A stretch of DNA of 64,000 nt from Planctomicrobium piriforme (GTDB lineage: Bacteria > Planctomycetota > Planctomycetia > Pirellulales > UBA1268): the NCBI GenBank assembly GCA_945861585.1, contig CAMAVC010000007.1, positions 515 to 64,514 on the forward strand. Direction: 5' to 3'. The notes beneath the pieces are model-generated. The model was not told where the DNA came from. It saw only the letters and a list, made by a program, of their open reading frames with translations, and made no database searches. The position numbers and the translations under genes are program-made. Every line of letters begins with the position of its first letter. The stretch's first letter is position 1. Shown one piece after another: positions 20,670 to 31,253 of the stretch.

Positions 20670-22333
20670 CGATCTGGCTGCCGCGGTGGCCCGTGCAACG
20701 TCGGCTCGGCGAGCGGCCAGAGCTGCGCGCGGTGCCGGTATTCGTCTGCCGCCGAGAGCGCCGCGGGGTGATGACGATCGTGTCGTGGGCCTGGGCGCTG
20801 CCACCGCGGCTGGAATCGCCTCGCAGCAGGCGTTCATCGGCGCCGCGCATTCCGCCGGGCATGTCTCTGGCCGAGGGGATGGCCGTGCTCGCGCTCGCGC
20901 ATGGGTCGCGTGCCTGCCACATGGCCGAAGTCGATTCCGACGATCCGGCCGCCGATCGGGCGGCGCTCGAGCGCCTGGCGCGGCAGTGTCGACGATTCGC
21001 TCCGATCGTGGCCCTCGAAGACGCCGAGCGGCCCGAATGCATCCATCTCGACGTCACGGGCACGGCAGGCTTCTTCGGTGGCGAAGCGTCACTCGTGCGC
21101 ACGGCCGCATGGACACTCGCTGCGCATGGCATCCATGCCCGTGTGGCCATCGCCGACACGCCGGGGGCGTCGTGGGCAGCCGCCCACCATGCCGAGCGGC
21201 TCGGCCAGCCCCATGCCCCGCCGTTTCATCGTCGGCGCCGGTTCGTCGTCGTGTCGCCCGGTGAGCAGGCCACGGCCTTGGCGGCGCTGCCTGCGGCGGC
21301 GCTCCGCCTCGAGGCAGATGTGCTCACCATCCTCGGTGAGGTGGGCATCGATTCGATCGGTGGCGTGCTCAAGCTGTCGCGCAACAGCCTCGCTGCGCGG
21401 TTCCCGCCGACGCTTGCGATCAGGCTGTCGCAGTTCACCGGCAGCCGGGCCGAGCCGCTCATGCCCACGTTCGGGGAAGCCTTGCCGCAGGCGGCGCATG
21501 CCTGTGACGTCCCGGTGTCGCTCCGGGAGATGGATGCGGATTCGATCGCGGCCGTGCTCGAGCGTCTCGTCGGGCAGTGCATGGCGGAGCTCATGGCCCG
21601 CGGGCAAGGGATCACCGCGCTCCAGGTACGGTTCGAGCCGTATGCGGGCGTCGGTGACCGGGGAACCTGCCCTCCCGTCGTGATCGACGTCGGGCTCTAC
21701 CGTCCGACGGTCGCCGTGCGGCACGTGGTCGAGCTCGTGCGGCTGCGCATGGCTCGCGTGCGCATGCCACGAGAGATCGAAGGGATCGCCGTGGAGGTGG
21801 TGGCGGCCGCCCCGGCGCTCTGCCGGCAGCGCACGCTCTTTTCTGGTGCGAGCTCTGGTGCGAGCGAGTCGGCGGCGGCGGAAGTGGGAATGTTGTTCGA
21901 CCGGCTCGCCGGCCGACTCGGCGCGAAGGCGGTGGTCGAGCCCCATCTCGTGCGCGACGCACAGCCCGAGCATGCGTGGATGGGCATGCCGCCGGCTGGC
22001 GGAGCATCCCGTGCGTCGGCGACACAAACGCGGCTTGCCGCGCCGGCGGAGCGCCGGCCGAGCTGGCTCTTCCCGCGGCCCGTGGTGCTCGACGTGGTGG
22101 CGGTGGTATCCGCCGCGACGGATGCCGGCCGGCCACCCGTACGGTTTCGGCACGGTGGCCAGGTGCACGATGTGGCCGCGGCCCACGGGCCGGAACGAAT
22201 CGAGACAGCCTGGTGGCGCGGGCCGATCGTGCGGCGCGACTACTACGTGGTCGAGACGCAGACGGGGGGGCGGTTTTGGATCTTTCGGCGGCTGAAAGAT
22301 GGGGGCTGGTTTCTGCATGGCGTGTTTGCCTGA
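20654..22333 (+). CDS. imuB: ImuB (Y-family polymerase-like)
   Basis: IWLPRW, PGMSLAE, LDVTG, GPERIETAWW...RRDYY. Confidence 0.92.
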   Translation: MPRIMTIWLPRWPVQRRLGERPELRAVPVFVCRRERRGVMTIVSWAWALPPRLESPRSRRSSAPRIPPGMSLAEGMAVLALAHGSRACHMAEVDSDDPAADRAALERLARQCRRFAPIVALEDAERPECIHLDVTGTAGFFGGEASLVRTAAWTLAAHGIHARVAIADTPGASWAAAHHAERLGQPHAPPFHRRRRFVVVSPGEQATALAALPAAALRLEADVLTILGEVGIDSIGGVLKLSRNSLAARFPPTLAIRLSQFTGSRAEPLMPTFGEALPQAAHACDVPVSLREMDADSIAAVLERLVGQCMAELMARGQGITALQVRFEPYAGVGDRGTCPPVVIDVGLYRPTVAVRHVVELVRLRMARVRMPREIEGIAVEVVAAAPALCRQRTLFSGASSGASESAAAEVGMLFDRLAGRLGAKAVVEPHLVRDAQPEHAWMGMPPAGGASRASATQTRLAAPAERRPSWLFPRPVVLDVVAVVSAATDAGRPPVRFRHGGQVHDVAAAHGPERIETAWWRGPIVRRDYYVVETQTGGRFWIFRRLKDGGWFLHGVFA

Positions 22334-22359
22334 CGTGTGGGCCCGAAGAGGAGGAAGCG

Positions 22360-25300
22360 ATGGCTGGAACAGGGGGTGATCGGATGGAACCGCGTTATAC
22401 CGAGCTTCATTGCACGAGCAATTTTTCGTTTCTGCGCGGAGCATCGCATCCGGACGAGCTCGTGCAGACAGCCGCAGCCCTCGGCTACGACGCCCTGGCA
22501 ATCACCGACCGTGGCACCCTCAGCGGTATCGTGCGGGCGCACGGTGCCGCGAAGCAGGCGGGGCTGAAGCTCATCGTCGGGGCGCATCTCGAGCCCTGCG
22601 ATGCGGCGCCGCTCGTCGTCTGGGCCGCCGACCGGACGGGCTATGCGAATCTCTGCCGGCTGCTCACCCGCGGCTCTGCGCGGGCTGCAGAGGAAGGTGG
22701 CGAGGGCCCGGAGGGGCGGTGTGTGCTCACCTTCGACGACATCGCGGCTCATGCGGGCGGCCTCTTGGCAGGCATGCCGTTGGCGATGCTCGCGGAGCCG
22801 CTCGAGCACCTCGCCCACTGGCGGAGCGTGTTCGACGACCGGCTCTGGGCGCTCGCCGAGGTGGCGCTCGAGGGCGACGACGACGATCGCCTGCGGGAGT
22901 TCGCCCGCCTGGCTCAGCTGGCTGGCGTGCCCGTGGCGGCGGCCGGCGACGTGCGCTATCACGAGCGGGCCCGGCTGGCGCTGGCCGACGTGCTCACGGC
23001 CGTGCGGCTCGGAGGCACGGTGGATGCGATTCGCGGCGAGCTCCTCACGAATGGCGAGCGGCATCTGCACGAACGCCGGCGAATCGCCGAGCGGTTTCGC
23101 GCCCTGCCCGGAGCCCTCGAACGCACCGTCGAGATCGCTGGGCGGTGCACGTTCTCGCTCGACGAACTGCAGTATGAATACCCCGAGGCAAACGTGCCGG
23201 CCGGCCGCTCGGCTCGGGAGCATCTGGCCCACCTTGCCTGGAAGGGAGCCGCACAGCGCTATCCCGACGGGATTCCCGAGAAGGTTCGCGAGCTCGTGGC
23301 CCATGAGCTCGCGCTCGTCGCCGAGCTCGGCTATGAGGCCTACTTCCTCACCGTGTTCGACATCGTGCGGTTCGCCCGCCGCCGCGGCATTCTGTGCCAG
23401 GGCCGGGGGTCGGCGGCCAATTCGGCAGTCTGCTATTGCCTGGGCATCACGTCGGTCGATCCGGCGCGCATGAACGTGCTGTTCGAGCGGTTTGTGAGCC
23501 GTGAGCGGCGCGAGGCCCCCGACATCGACATCGATTTCGAGCACGACCGCCGCGAAGAGGTGATCCAATACATCTACAGCACCTACGGTCGCACCCGTGC
23601 GGCGATGACTGCCGAGGTGATCTCGTATCGCCTGCGTTCGGCCGTCCGCGACGTCGCCAAAGCGCTGGGTTTTTCGCTCGATCGGGTCGATCACCTCGCT
23701 GAAGCGATCGATGTGGGGGATGGGGTGGAAGACCTGCCGACGCGGCTGGCCGAGGCGGGGCTCGACCCGACGAGCCCCGCGTGCACGCATCTCACGGCGC
23801 TCGTCGGCCAGGTCATCGGCTTTCCCCGCCACCTCGGGCAGCACGTGGGGGGCATGGTGATGACCCGGGGCGAACTGTGTGACCTCGTGCCGATCCAGCC
23901 GGCCACGATGGAAGGCCGCACGATCGTGCAATGGGACAAGAACGACCTCGACGAACTGGGCATTCTGAAAGTCGATTGCCTCGCCCTCGGCATGCTGTCG
24001 GCGATCCACCGGGCGTTCGACCTCGTGGCCGAGGCCGGGGGGCCGCAACTCACGCTGGCGACGGTGCCGGCGGAAGACCCGGCCGTTTACGAGATGATCT
24101 CCCGCGCCGATACGGTGGGCGTGTTTCAGATCGAGAGTCGGGCGCAGATGAGCATGCTGCCCCGGCTCAAGCCGCGGTGCTTCTACGACCTCGTGATCGA
24201 GGTGGCGATCGTGCGGCCGGGGCCGATCCAGGGCGACATGGTGCATCCCTATCTGCGCCGGCGGGCGGGCGAAGACCCCGTCATCTATCCCAACGACGCG
24301 ATCCGCGAGGTGCTCGAGAAGACGCTCGGCGTGCCGCTCTTTCAGGAGCAGGCGATGCGGCTGGCGGTGGTGGCGGCCGGCTTCACGCCGGGCGAGGCCG
24401 ATCAATTGCGGCGGGCGATGGGGGCCTGGCGACGGCCGGGGCTGATCGAGGAGTTTCGGCAGAAGCTCATCAATGGCATGCTCGCGCGGGGCCTGTCGCA
24501 GCAGTTCGCCGAGCAGGTGTTCGGGCAGATTCGGGGCTTCGGCGAATACGGCTTTCCCGAATCCCATGCCGCAAGTTTTGCCTTGCTCGTCTATGTGTCG
24601 GCCTGGCTCAAGTGCCATCATCCGGCCGCCTTCACTGCCGCGCTCCTGGGCAGCCAGCCGATGGGGTTCTACGCCCCTGCCCAGCTTGTGCGTGATGCCA
24701 AGGCGCATGGCGTGAGAGTGTTGCCGGCCGACGTCAACTCGAGCTGCTGGCATGCCACGCTCGAAGGCCGGCTGAAAGCCGGCCATGAGAGACAGCCGGC
24801 GATTCGGCTGGGCCTCGAGCAGGTGTATGGCCTGAGCGAGGCGGTGGCCTCGAGGATCGAAGCGGCCCGTCGCGAGGGGGCCTTCCGGCTGCCACGCGAG
24901 CTCGCCCGCCGCGCCGGGCTCGATCGCGACGCGCTGTTGCATCTGGCTCGGGCGGGGGCGCTCGCCTCGCTCGGCCTCGATCGGCGGCGGGCGGTGTGGG
25001 AGGCGATGCAGTGGCTGGAGCGGCCGGCAGCCCGGCCGCTCTTCGCAGAGCTCGACGACGACGATGACGAAAGCGACGGCGACCTGCTGCCAGTGCTCGC
25101 ACCCGAGGAAGAGGTGGTGGCCGACTACCGCACCGCCGGCCTGTCGCTCGCCGGCCATCCGCTGCAGTTCGACCGCGACTGGCTCGCCGCTCGCAGCGTG
25201 GCGACCACTGCCGAGGTGGCCGGGCTGCCAGAGGGCCGCCGTGTGGCCGTGGCTGGCATCGTGCTCACGCGGCAGCGGCCCGCGACCGCGAAGGGGATGA

Positions 25301-25536
25301 TTTTTCTCACGATCGAAGACGAAACCGGCGCTGCCAACATCGTCGTCCATCCGCGCGTGTGGGAGGCAGCCGACCTCGCCGCCCGCCGCGCCGCTGTGCT
25401 CGTGGTGCACGGCCGGATCCAGCGGCGCGGCGCAGTGGTGCACGTGGTGAGCACGCGGCTCGAATCGGCCGCCACCCTCCGCCCCGAAACCTCTCCCGCC
25501 ACCGCCCTGCCCCGCATGTCCCGCGATTTCTGCTGA
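22360..25536 (+). CDS. dnaE2: Error-prone DNA polymerase DnaE2 (ImuC)
   Basis: YTELHCTSNFSFLRGASHP, GRGSAANS, PDIDIDFE, FPESHAASFA, C-terminal SRDF. Confidence 0.97.
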   Translation: MAGTGGDRMEPRYTELHCTSNFSFLRGASHPDELVQTAAALGYDALAITDRGTLSGIVRAHGAAKQAGLKLIVGAHLEPCDAAPLVVWAADRTGYANLCRLLTRGSARAAEEGGEGPEGRCVLTFDDIAAHAGGLLAGMPLAMLAEPLEHLAHWRSVFDDRLWALAEVALEGDDDDRLREFARLAQLAGVPVAAAGDVRYHERARLALADVLTAVRLGGTVDAIRGELLTNGERHLHERRRIAERFRALPGALERTVEIAGRCTFSLDELQYEYPEANVPAGRSAREHLAHLAWKGAAQRYPDGIPEKVRELVAHELALVAELGYEAYFLTVFDIVRFARRRGILCQGRGSAANSAVCYCLGITSVDPARMNVLFERFVSRERREAPDIDIDFEHDRREEVIQYIYSTYGRTRAAMTAEVISYRLRSAVRDVAKALGFSLDRVDHLAEAIDVGDGVEDLPTRLAEAGLDPTSPACTHLTALVGQVIGFPRHLGQHVGGMVMTRGELCDLVPIQPATMEGRTIVQWDKNDLDELGILKVDCLALGMLSAIHRAFDLVAEAGGPQLTLATVPAEDPAVYEMISRADTVGVFQIESRAQMSMLPRLKPRCFYDLVIEVAIVRPGPIQGDMVHPYLRRRAGEDPVIYPNDAIREVLEKTLGVPLFQEQAMRLAVVAAGFTPGEADQLRRAMGAWRRPGLIEEFRQKLINGMLARGLSQQFAEQVFGQIRGFGEYGFPESHAASFALLVYVSAWLKCHHPAAFTAALLGSQPMGFYAPAQLVRDAKAHGVRVLPADVNSSCWHATLEGRLKAGHERQPAIRLGLEQVYGLSEAVASRIEAARREGAFRLPRELARRAGLDRDALLHLARAGALASLGLDRRRAVWEAMQWLERPAARPLFAELDDDDDESDGDLLPVLAPEEEVVADYRTAGLSLAGHPLQFDRDWLAARSVATTAEVAGLPEGRRVAVAGIVLTRQRPATAKGMIFLTIEDETGAANIVVHPRVWEAADLAARRAAVLVVHGRIQRRGAVVHVVSTRLESAATLRPETSPATALPRMSRDFC

Positions 25537-25579
25537 ATCGCAGAGCAGCGCATAACGACTCGCACACGGAGCCGGAGAA

Positions 25580-25730
25580 GTGCGCCGGCTGCGGGCCACC
25601 CGATCCCCCTCGCCGGACGTTCACTGCGCCCATCCTGGGCTCCGTTTACTCGGATGTGCCTGCGCTGCGCCATCCATGGCTCCGCTGGTCACAGACGCCG
25701 GCTCAAGGGACACGGGTGGCCCGCAGCCTC
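25580..25730 (+). repeat. ~150-nt structured repeat copy C1
   Basis: Same core; distinct self-complementary arms GGCTGCGGGCCACCCG/CGGGTGGCCCGCAGCC. Confidence 0.92.
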
Positions 25731-25792
25731 CTCGATTCGGTCGTGTTGAGAGTTCGGGGTTCGTGGGATTGCTGAGGCGCCTACGAGTTGGG

Positions 25793-25942
25793 GAGGCGAG
25801 GGGTTGCCCCTGCCGTCGAGACGGCGTATTTGACCAGCGCAGGCAGGATGCCGGAGCGCAGGCAAATCCGAGTGAGCCGGAGCCTGGAGGGCGGAGGCGA
25901 ACGTCCGGTGAGACGGTACGGGGTAACCCCGAGCCGGCGCAC
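25793..25942 (-). repeat. ~150-nt structured repeat copy C2
   Basis: Inverted relative to C1; arms match copy D. Confidence 0.92.
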
Positions 25943-25999
25943 TTCGCTGGCTCCGATTGCGGGTGGTTATCGAGTGCGCGACCGCGTACAACACGCTGC

Positions 26000-26896
26000 A
26001 TGCAAGACGCCGTCGTCGAAACGAATCTGGGCATCGGTACGCTCTATCGCGGCAAGGTCCGCGACTGCTATCGACTCGCCGACACGATGCTCATCGTGAG
26101 CACCGATCGGATCAGCGCGTTTGACTGGATCCTGCCGACGCCGATTCCCGGCAAAGGGCAGGTGTTGACGGCGATCTCGGCGTTTTGGTTCGACTGGCTC
26201 GCCCGTGGGCCGCGTCCGGTGGCCCACCATCTGCTCACCACCGACGTCGATGCGATGGGGCTCCCGGCGAGCGTCGATCGCGGCCCGCTCCGCGGCCGGT
26301 CGATGCTCGTGCGGCAGGCCGAGGTGATCCCGTTCGAGTGCGTGGTGCGCGGCTGGCTCGCAGGATCGGGGCTTGCCGAATATCGCCGGAGCGGCACCGT
26401 GTGCGGCGTGCCGCTGCCCGCCGGCCTGACGGCCGGCAGCCGGCTGCCGGAGCCGATCTTCACGCCCGCCACGAAGGCCGCGAGCGGCCACGATGAAAAC
26501 GTGAGCTTCGACGTGATGGCGGCAGCCATCAGCGCCGAGCTGGCAGCGACGCTCCGCGCCCGCAGTCTCGATGTCTACACGCGGGGCGCAGAACATGCGG
26601 CGACGCGGGGGATCGTGCTGGCCGACACGAAGTTCGAGTGGGGCCGCACGGCCGATGGCGAGCTCCTGCTCGTGGACGAGGTGCTGACGCCCGACAGTTC
26701 GCGATTTTGGCCCGCCGCGGCGATCGCACCCGGCCGCGTGCCCGACTCGTTCGACAAGCAGTTCGTGCGCGATTGGCTCGAGCGGAGCGGCTGGGACAAG
26801 GCCAGCCCGCCCCCTGCCCTGCCCGCCGAGGTGGTGGCGAAGACGCGGGAGAAGTATTTCGAGGCCTGCCGGCTCCTGACCGGAAAAACCCCGTGA
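26000..26896 (+). CDS. purC: SAICAR synthetase
   Basis: GKVRD, TDRISAFD, DTKFEWG, DEVLTPDSSRFW, DKQFVRDW. Confidence 0.96.
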   Translation: MQDAVVETNLGIGTLYRGKVRDCYRLADTMLIVSTDRISAFDWILPTPIPGKGQVLTAISAFWFDWLARGPRPVAHHLLTTDVDAMGLPASVDRGPLRGRSMLVRQAEVIPFECVVRGWLAGSGLAEYRRSGTVCGVPLPAGLTAGSRLPEPIFTPATKAASGHDENVSFDVMAAAISAELAATLRARSLDVYTRGAEHAATRGIVLADTKFEWGRTADGELLLVDEVLTPDSSRFWPAAAIAPGRVPDSFDKQFVRDWLERSGWDKASPPPALPAEVVAKTREKYFEACRLLTGKTP

Positions 26897-26995
26897 GGCG
26901 GCCGAGAGGAAGTGGCCTAGGGGAGCGGGTTTTTTCGAACTAGAATCGGGGCGTTCCGCCCGTCATCCGCTTGTCTTCCCCCTCTCGCTCATTCC

Positions 26996-28135
26996 ATGCT
27001 GCGTTACTGGACCGCCGGAGAATCACACGGCCCGGCCCTTGTCGCCCTCGTCGACGGCTTTCCCGCCGGACTGGCAGTCGATGTGGCGAAGATCGATGCC
27101 GAGCTCGTGCGCCGTCAGGGAGGCTATGGCCGCGGCGGCAGGCAGCGGATCGAGACGGACGCCGTCACGTTTTTGTCGGGGCTGTGGCGGGGTGTCACGC
27201 TCGGCAGCCCGCTTGCGTTGCAGGTGGTCAACAAAGACGCGAAGCTCGAAAAACTCGACGATGTCGATCGGCCCAGGCCTGGCCACGCCGACCTGCCGGG
27301 GGCGATCAAGCACCTCGGCGGGGTGCGGGCCGTGCTGGAGCGGGCGAGTGCCCGTGAAACAGCCGCCCGGGTGGCGGCGGGCGGCCTCGCCCGACAGCTC
27401 CTCGCGGTCTTCGGTATCGACGTCGCCGGCTGGGTGACGGAGCTGGGTGACGTGCGGCTCGGCGATCGTTCGGGCACGCTCGACGAACTGCGCGCGCTCC
27501 GCGACACGAGTGCCATCTATTCACTCCATCCCGAACGTGATGCCGAGGTGACGGCGCTGATCGACCGCGTCGGCAAGGAGGGCGACACGCTCGGTGGCGT
27601 GGTCGAAGTGCGGGTCGATGGTCTGCCGATCGGCCTCGGCACGCACGCGCAGTGGGATCGGAAGCTCGACGGCCGGCTCGCCCAGGCGGTGATGGCGGTG
27701 CAGGCGATCAAGGGCGTGGAGATCGGCCTGGGGTTCGAGGCGGCCCGTCGCCGCGGCTCGCAGGTGCACGACGCGATCCACTACTCGGCGGAAGACCGCG
27801 CCGGCCCCACGCTCGGATTCACGCGGCCCACGAACAATGCCGGCGGCCTCGAGGCCGGGATGACCAACGGCCAGCCGCTCGTGATCCGGGCCGCCATGAA
27901 GCCGATCAGCACGTTGCGGAAGCCGCTTGGGTCGGTGAACCTGCGGACGAAGCAGCCGGAAGAGGCGGCCTACGAGCGCAGCGACGTGTGTGCGGTGAGC
28001 GCGGCCAGTGTGATCGTGGAAAACGTGGTGGCCTTCGAGGTGGCGGCGGCGGTCGTCGACAAGTTCGGTGGCGACAGCGTTGAAGAGATGCAGGCACGGG
28101 TTCGGCTGTATCACGATCTCGCCCGGGCCCGCTGA
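26996..28135 (+). CDS. aroC: Chorismate synthase
   Basis: TAGESHG, RPGHAD, RASARETA, KPIST, RSDVCAV. Confidence 0.97.
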   Translation: MLRYWTAGESHGPALVALVDGFPAGLAVDVAKIDAELVRRQGGYGRGGRQRIETDAVTFLSGLWRGVTLGSPLALQVVNKDAKLEKLDDVDRPRPGHADLPGAIKHLGGVRAVLERASARETAARVAAGGLARQLLAVFGIDVAGWVTELGDVRLGDRSGTLDELRALRDTSAIYSLHPERDAEVTALIDRVGKEGDTLGGVVEVRVDGLPIGLGTHAQWDRKLDGRLAQAVMAVQAIKGVEIGLGFEAARRRGSQVHDAIHYSAEDRAGPTLGFTRPTNNAGGLEAGMTNGQPLVIRAAMKPISTLRKPLGSVNLRTKQPEEAAYERSDVCAVSAASVIVENVVAFEVAAAVVDKFGGDSVEEMQARVRLYHDLARAR

Positions 28136-28167
28136 CGCGGAGCCTGGAAATCCGGAGGTGAACAAGG

Positions 28168-29382
28168 ATGTTCATCGAGCAGTCCGCGGACCGGAGACGT
28201 ACCGTGCGCACGCTGTTCGTGCTGGCGGGTGTGGTGCCCTGCGCCGCGCTCGCGACGATCGCGTGGTGGTGGCACTCGAGCGGCCACGTGGATGCCGTCG
28301 CGCGGGCGTCGGCGGTGCATCTCGGCCTGCCGGTCGCGGTGCGTGCGGTTGGCCATCCCCGCCCGGGTGTGCTCCGGCTCACGCACGTGACTCTCGGCGC
28401 CGCGGCCGATGACGACGCGGTGCGCGTGCCGCACGTCGAGGTGGAGCGGGCGGTCGGTGAGGTGCGCGTGCGGGTGCCCCGGCTCGAGTGTTCGCCGGAG
28501 GCGGTGCGCACGCTGGCTGGCATCGCCGGCGAATGGCTGCTGCGGCCGACACGATTTCCTGATGCATGGGTCGTCGACGTCGGCAACGTGGCCTGGCTGC
28601 CCGTGGCTGGCGTGCACGACGCCGCATCGGACGGATGGCACGTCGAGTGTGTGGCCGTCGATGATCACCGCGCCGTGCGCTGTCGTCGTGAGCCCTCCTC
28701 GGCCGACGAAGCGAGGGTGCGGGTGGGCCCCGAGGGACTCGCCGTCGAGGGCACTGTCGCAGAGGCGGTTCCGCTGGCGATCCTCGCGGCGCTCGTGCCC
28801 GGCTTTTCCGGATGGGCCGACATGGCCGGTGACCAGGCGCTTGTGAGCGGCCGTATCGATGCCGTGTCGAATGCGGAAGGGTGGTCGGGCACCGCGGCGG
28901 GCACGGTCGAGCATGCCGCGCTCGGCAGTGTGCTGGCCGCAGGTGGCGGGGCGGTCCAAGGAGAGGCGATGATCACCGTCAACAGCCTGCGATTTGCCGC
29001 CGGCCGACTCGTCGCCTGCGACATGCTCGTGTCCGCGTCGGCAGGGACGCTCCCTCAGCGGGTGCTCGACGGCCTCGTCAGCAGCTTCGGGTGCCGTCCA
29101 GGGCCGGCCTATCGCTCGATCGGTGGTGATTCGGTGCGGCGGTTCGACCGGCTCGCTTGCCGGCTCGTGATCGACGACGCTGGCCTGCGCATGCGCTCAG
29201 CCGAGGGGGGCGAGCAGGCGATCCTCGCGGTCCAGGGGTTGAGCATCCTCGACGAACCCGTGGCTGCCGTGCCCATGACGAGGCTCGCCTGGTTTTTCTC
29301 GCCGGACGGCCGGCCGGCGGTGCCGGCCACGCCGACGAGCGTCTGGCTGATGTCCGTGCTTCCCGATGCCGGCAGCTTTTGA
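28168..29382 (+). CDS. Hypothetical membrane-anchored beta-rich protein
   Basis: GGAGG RBS, N-terminal TM helix, fills the aroC-desaturase gap. Confidence 0.65.
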   Translation: MFIEQSADRRRTVRTLFVLAGVVPCAALATIAWWWHSSGHVDAVARASAVHLGLPVAVRAVGHPRPGVLRLTHVTLGAAADDDAVRVPHVEVERAVGEVRVRVPRLECSPEAVRTLAGIAGEWLLRPTRFPDAWVVDVGNVAWLPVAGVHDAASDGWHVECVAVDDHRAVRCRREPSSADEARVRVGPEGLAVEGTVAEAVPLAILAALVPGFSGWADMAGDQALVSGRIDAVSNAEGWSGTAAGTVEHAALGSVLAAGGGAVQGEAMITVNSLRFAAGRLVACDMLVSASAGTLPQRVLDGLVSSFGCRPGPAYRSIGGDSVRRFDRLACRLVIDDAGLRMRSAEGGEQAILAVQGLSILDEPVAAVPMTRLAWFFSPDGRPAVPATPTSVWLMSVLPDAGSF

Positions 29383-29508
29383 CGCATTCTTGACACAGGT
29401 GAGACCGGTTGCTGACGGGTGGAGGCTGGCAGATTTGCCGAAAAACGTCAGAGTATCGACATGAGCGTCCGATGTTCGCGACGTTCCGGCCTTCAGGAGA
29501 GGAACCTC

Positions 29509-30510
29509 ATGGCAACCGTGCCCATGCCGTGCGATCTGCTCGATTCCGACGCCGGCCCCGACGTCAGCGCGGCTGCTCCGTTGCAGAGGCATGAGAAAGA
29601 GCCGCGGCGCGACGGACGAGCCCACGCGGGCAGCGGCTGGGCCGACATCGACTGGCCCGTCGCCATCTGGATCGGTGGAATTCATCTGGCGGCACTGGCC
29701 GCACCCTTTTGCTTCACCTGGTCGGGGCTCGCAATCTGCCTGGCGCTGTACTACATCTCCGGCAGTCTCGGCGTCTGCCTGGGCTACCATCGGCTGCTCA
29801 CGCATGGCAGTTTTTCCACATGGCGGCCCGTGAAGGTGTTCTTCGCGTTCCTGGGGGGCATCTCCGGCGAGGGGTCAGCGATCGACTGGGTGGCGAACCA
29901 CCGCAAGCATCACGCCTTCAGCGATCAGGAGGGAGATCCGCACACGCCCCGCGAAGGTGGCTGGTGGGCTCACATGACCTGGCTGTTTCGCAAGCACACG
30001 GCCGCCGAGTTGGCAGCCCACGTGAGCCGCTGGGCGCCGGACCTCGCCCGCGATCCGGCGATCCTCGCCCTCCACAAGACATTCATTCTCTGGCACGTGC
30101 TCGCTGGTGCCGTCCTGCTCGGCCTGGGGTGGTCGCTCTACGGACCGGCCACCGGAGTGTCGTGGCTCGTGTGGGGCCTGGCGGTGCGGATGGTGATCGT
30201 GTTTCACGTCACGTGGCTCGTAAACTCCGCCTCCCACATGTGGGGTTACCGCAACTACGAGACCACCGACGACTCCCGGAACCTGTGGTGGGTCGGCCTG
30301 CTCGCCTTCGGCGAGGGGTGGCACAACAATCACCACGCGTTTCAGCGGATGGCGAAGCACGGCCACAAGTGGTGGGAGGTCGACGTCACCTACTGGGCGA
30401 TCCTGGCGATGGAGCGACTGGGGCTGGCCTGGAATGTCGTCCACCACCCGCCGGGTGGGCGCCGCACCGGTGCCGCAATCGCGGTCCAGGGTGCCGACGG
30501 CGATGGCTGA
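29509..30510 (+). CDS. Delta-9-type fatty acid desaturase
   Basis: His boxes HRLLTH, HRKHH, HNNHH; GEGW. Confidence 0.93.
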   Translation: MATVPMPCDLLDSDAGPDVSAAAPLQRHEKEPRRDGRAHAGSGWADIDWPVAIWIGGIHLAALAAPFCFTWSGLAICLALYYISGSLGVCLGYHRLLTHGSFSTWRPVKVFFAFLGGISGEGSAIDWVANHRKHHAFSDQEGDPHTPREGGWWAHMTWLFRKHTAAELAAHVSRWAPDLARDPAILALHKTFILWHVLAGAVLLGLGWSLYGPATGVSWLVWGLAVRMVIVFHVTWLVNSASHMWGYRNYETTDDSRNLWWVGLLAFGEGWHNNHHAFQRMAKHGHKWWEVDVTYWAILAMERLGLAWNVVHHPPGGRRTGAAIAVQGADGDG

Positions 30511-30747
30511 AGGGGCGGCTGAATTCCGCCCGCAGCGGGTGATCCAACGGGCCGCTGTTGCAGCGGAAGGGCCGTTCGGTACACTCGTGGCCTCGAGCCG
30601 ATCAGGGCAATCTGGTCGCTCGAACCCACGCGGCAGGCGTGCCGGTCGACATGCGTGCGGGTGCATTGGGCACCTGCGGATACCGGCCAGTGCAGGTGCC
30701 CGCTGACCCAAGTAGGGTCGTCCCATGACGGGGCGAAACAACGGCTG

Positions 30748-31014
30748 ATGCTGACGAAAGATCGCAAGAAAGAACTGATCGGTAGTTACCGTCGCGGCAC
30801 CGCCGACACGGGGTCTGCGGAGGTGCAGATCGCCCTTCTCTCGGGCAGGATTTCGCACCTCACGGATCACTTCAAGAAGCACTCGAAGGACCACGCGAGC
30901 CGTCGCGGCCTGCTCATGATGGTGAGCCGGCGTCGCCGGCTTCTCGACTACCTGAAGCGCATCGCGCCGCAGCGGTATCTCGACGTGATCAAGCGGTTGG
31001 AGATCCGCAAGTAG
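30748..31014 (+). CDS. rpsO: 30S ribosomal protein S15
   Basis: [22 protein letters not shown]; upstream of pnp. Confidence 0.97.
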   Translation: MLTKDRKKELIGSYRRGTADTGSAEVQIALLSGRISHLTDHFKKHSKDHASRRGLLMMVSRRRRLLDYLKRIAPQRYLDVIKRLEIRK

Positions 31015-31253
31015 TGACCCGCTCTCTCCTTCGCCTTGGCGGGCGGGGAGATCGCCGGTTGAAGGCCCGCCGGGCCGGGAGCAGATCCCGCCGGCCGGAC
31101 ACCGGGCCCGAAGCGGTTGTGGGCACGAGGGCCGCGTCGCTGCCGCTGTCGCCAAGGTAAACCGCCAAGACAAACATTGTGGCTATTGGATTTTTATGAA
31201 GGCTGGTCCGACCCGCTGAGGTCGGCCATGAAGGGAAGAAAGAGAAACAAATC

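Noticed and set aside
30511-31253. S15 autoregulatory leader and rpsO-pnp RNase III hairpin
   Set aside because: Plausible by analogy and GC hairpins exist, but I could not define a specific supported structure
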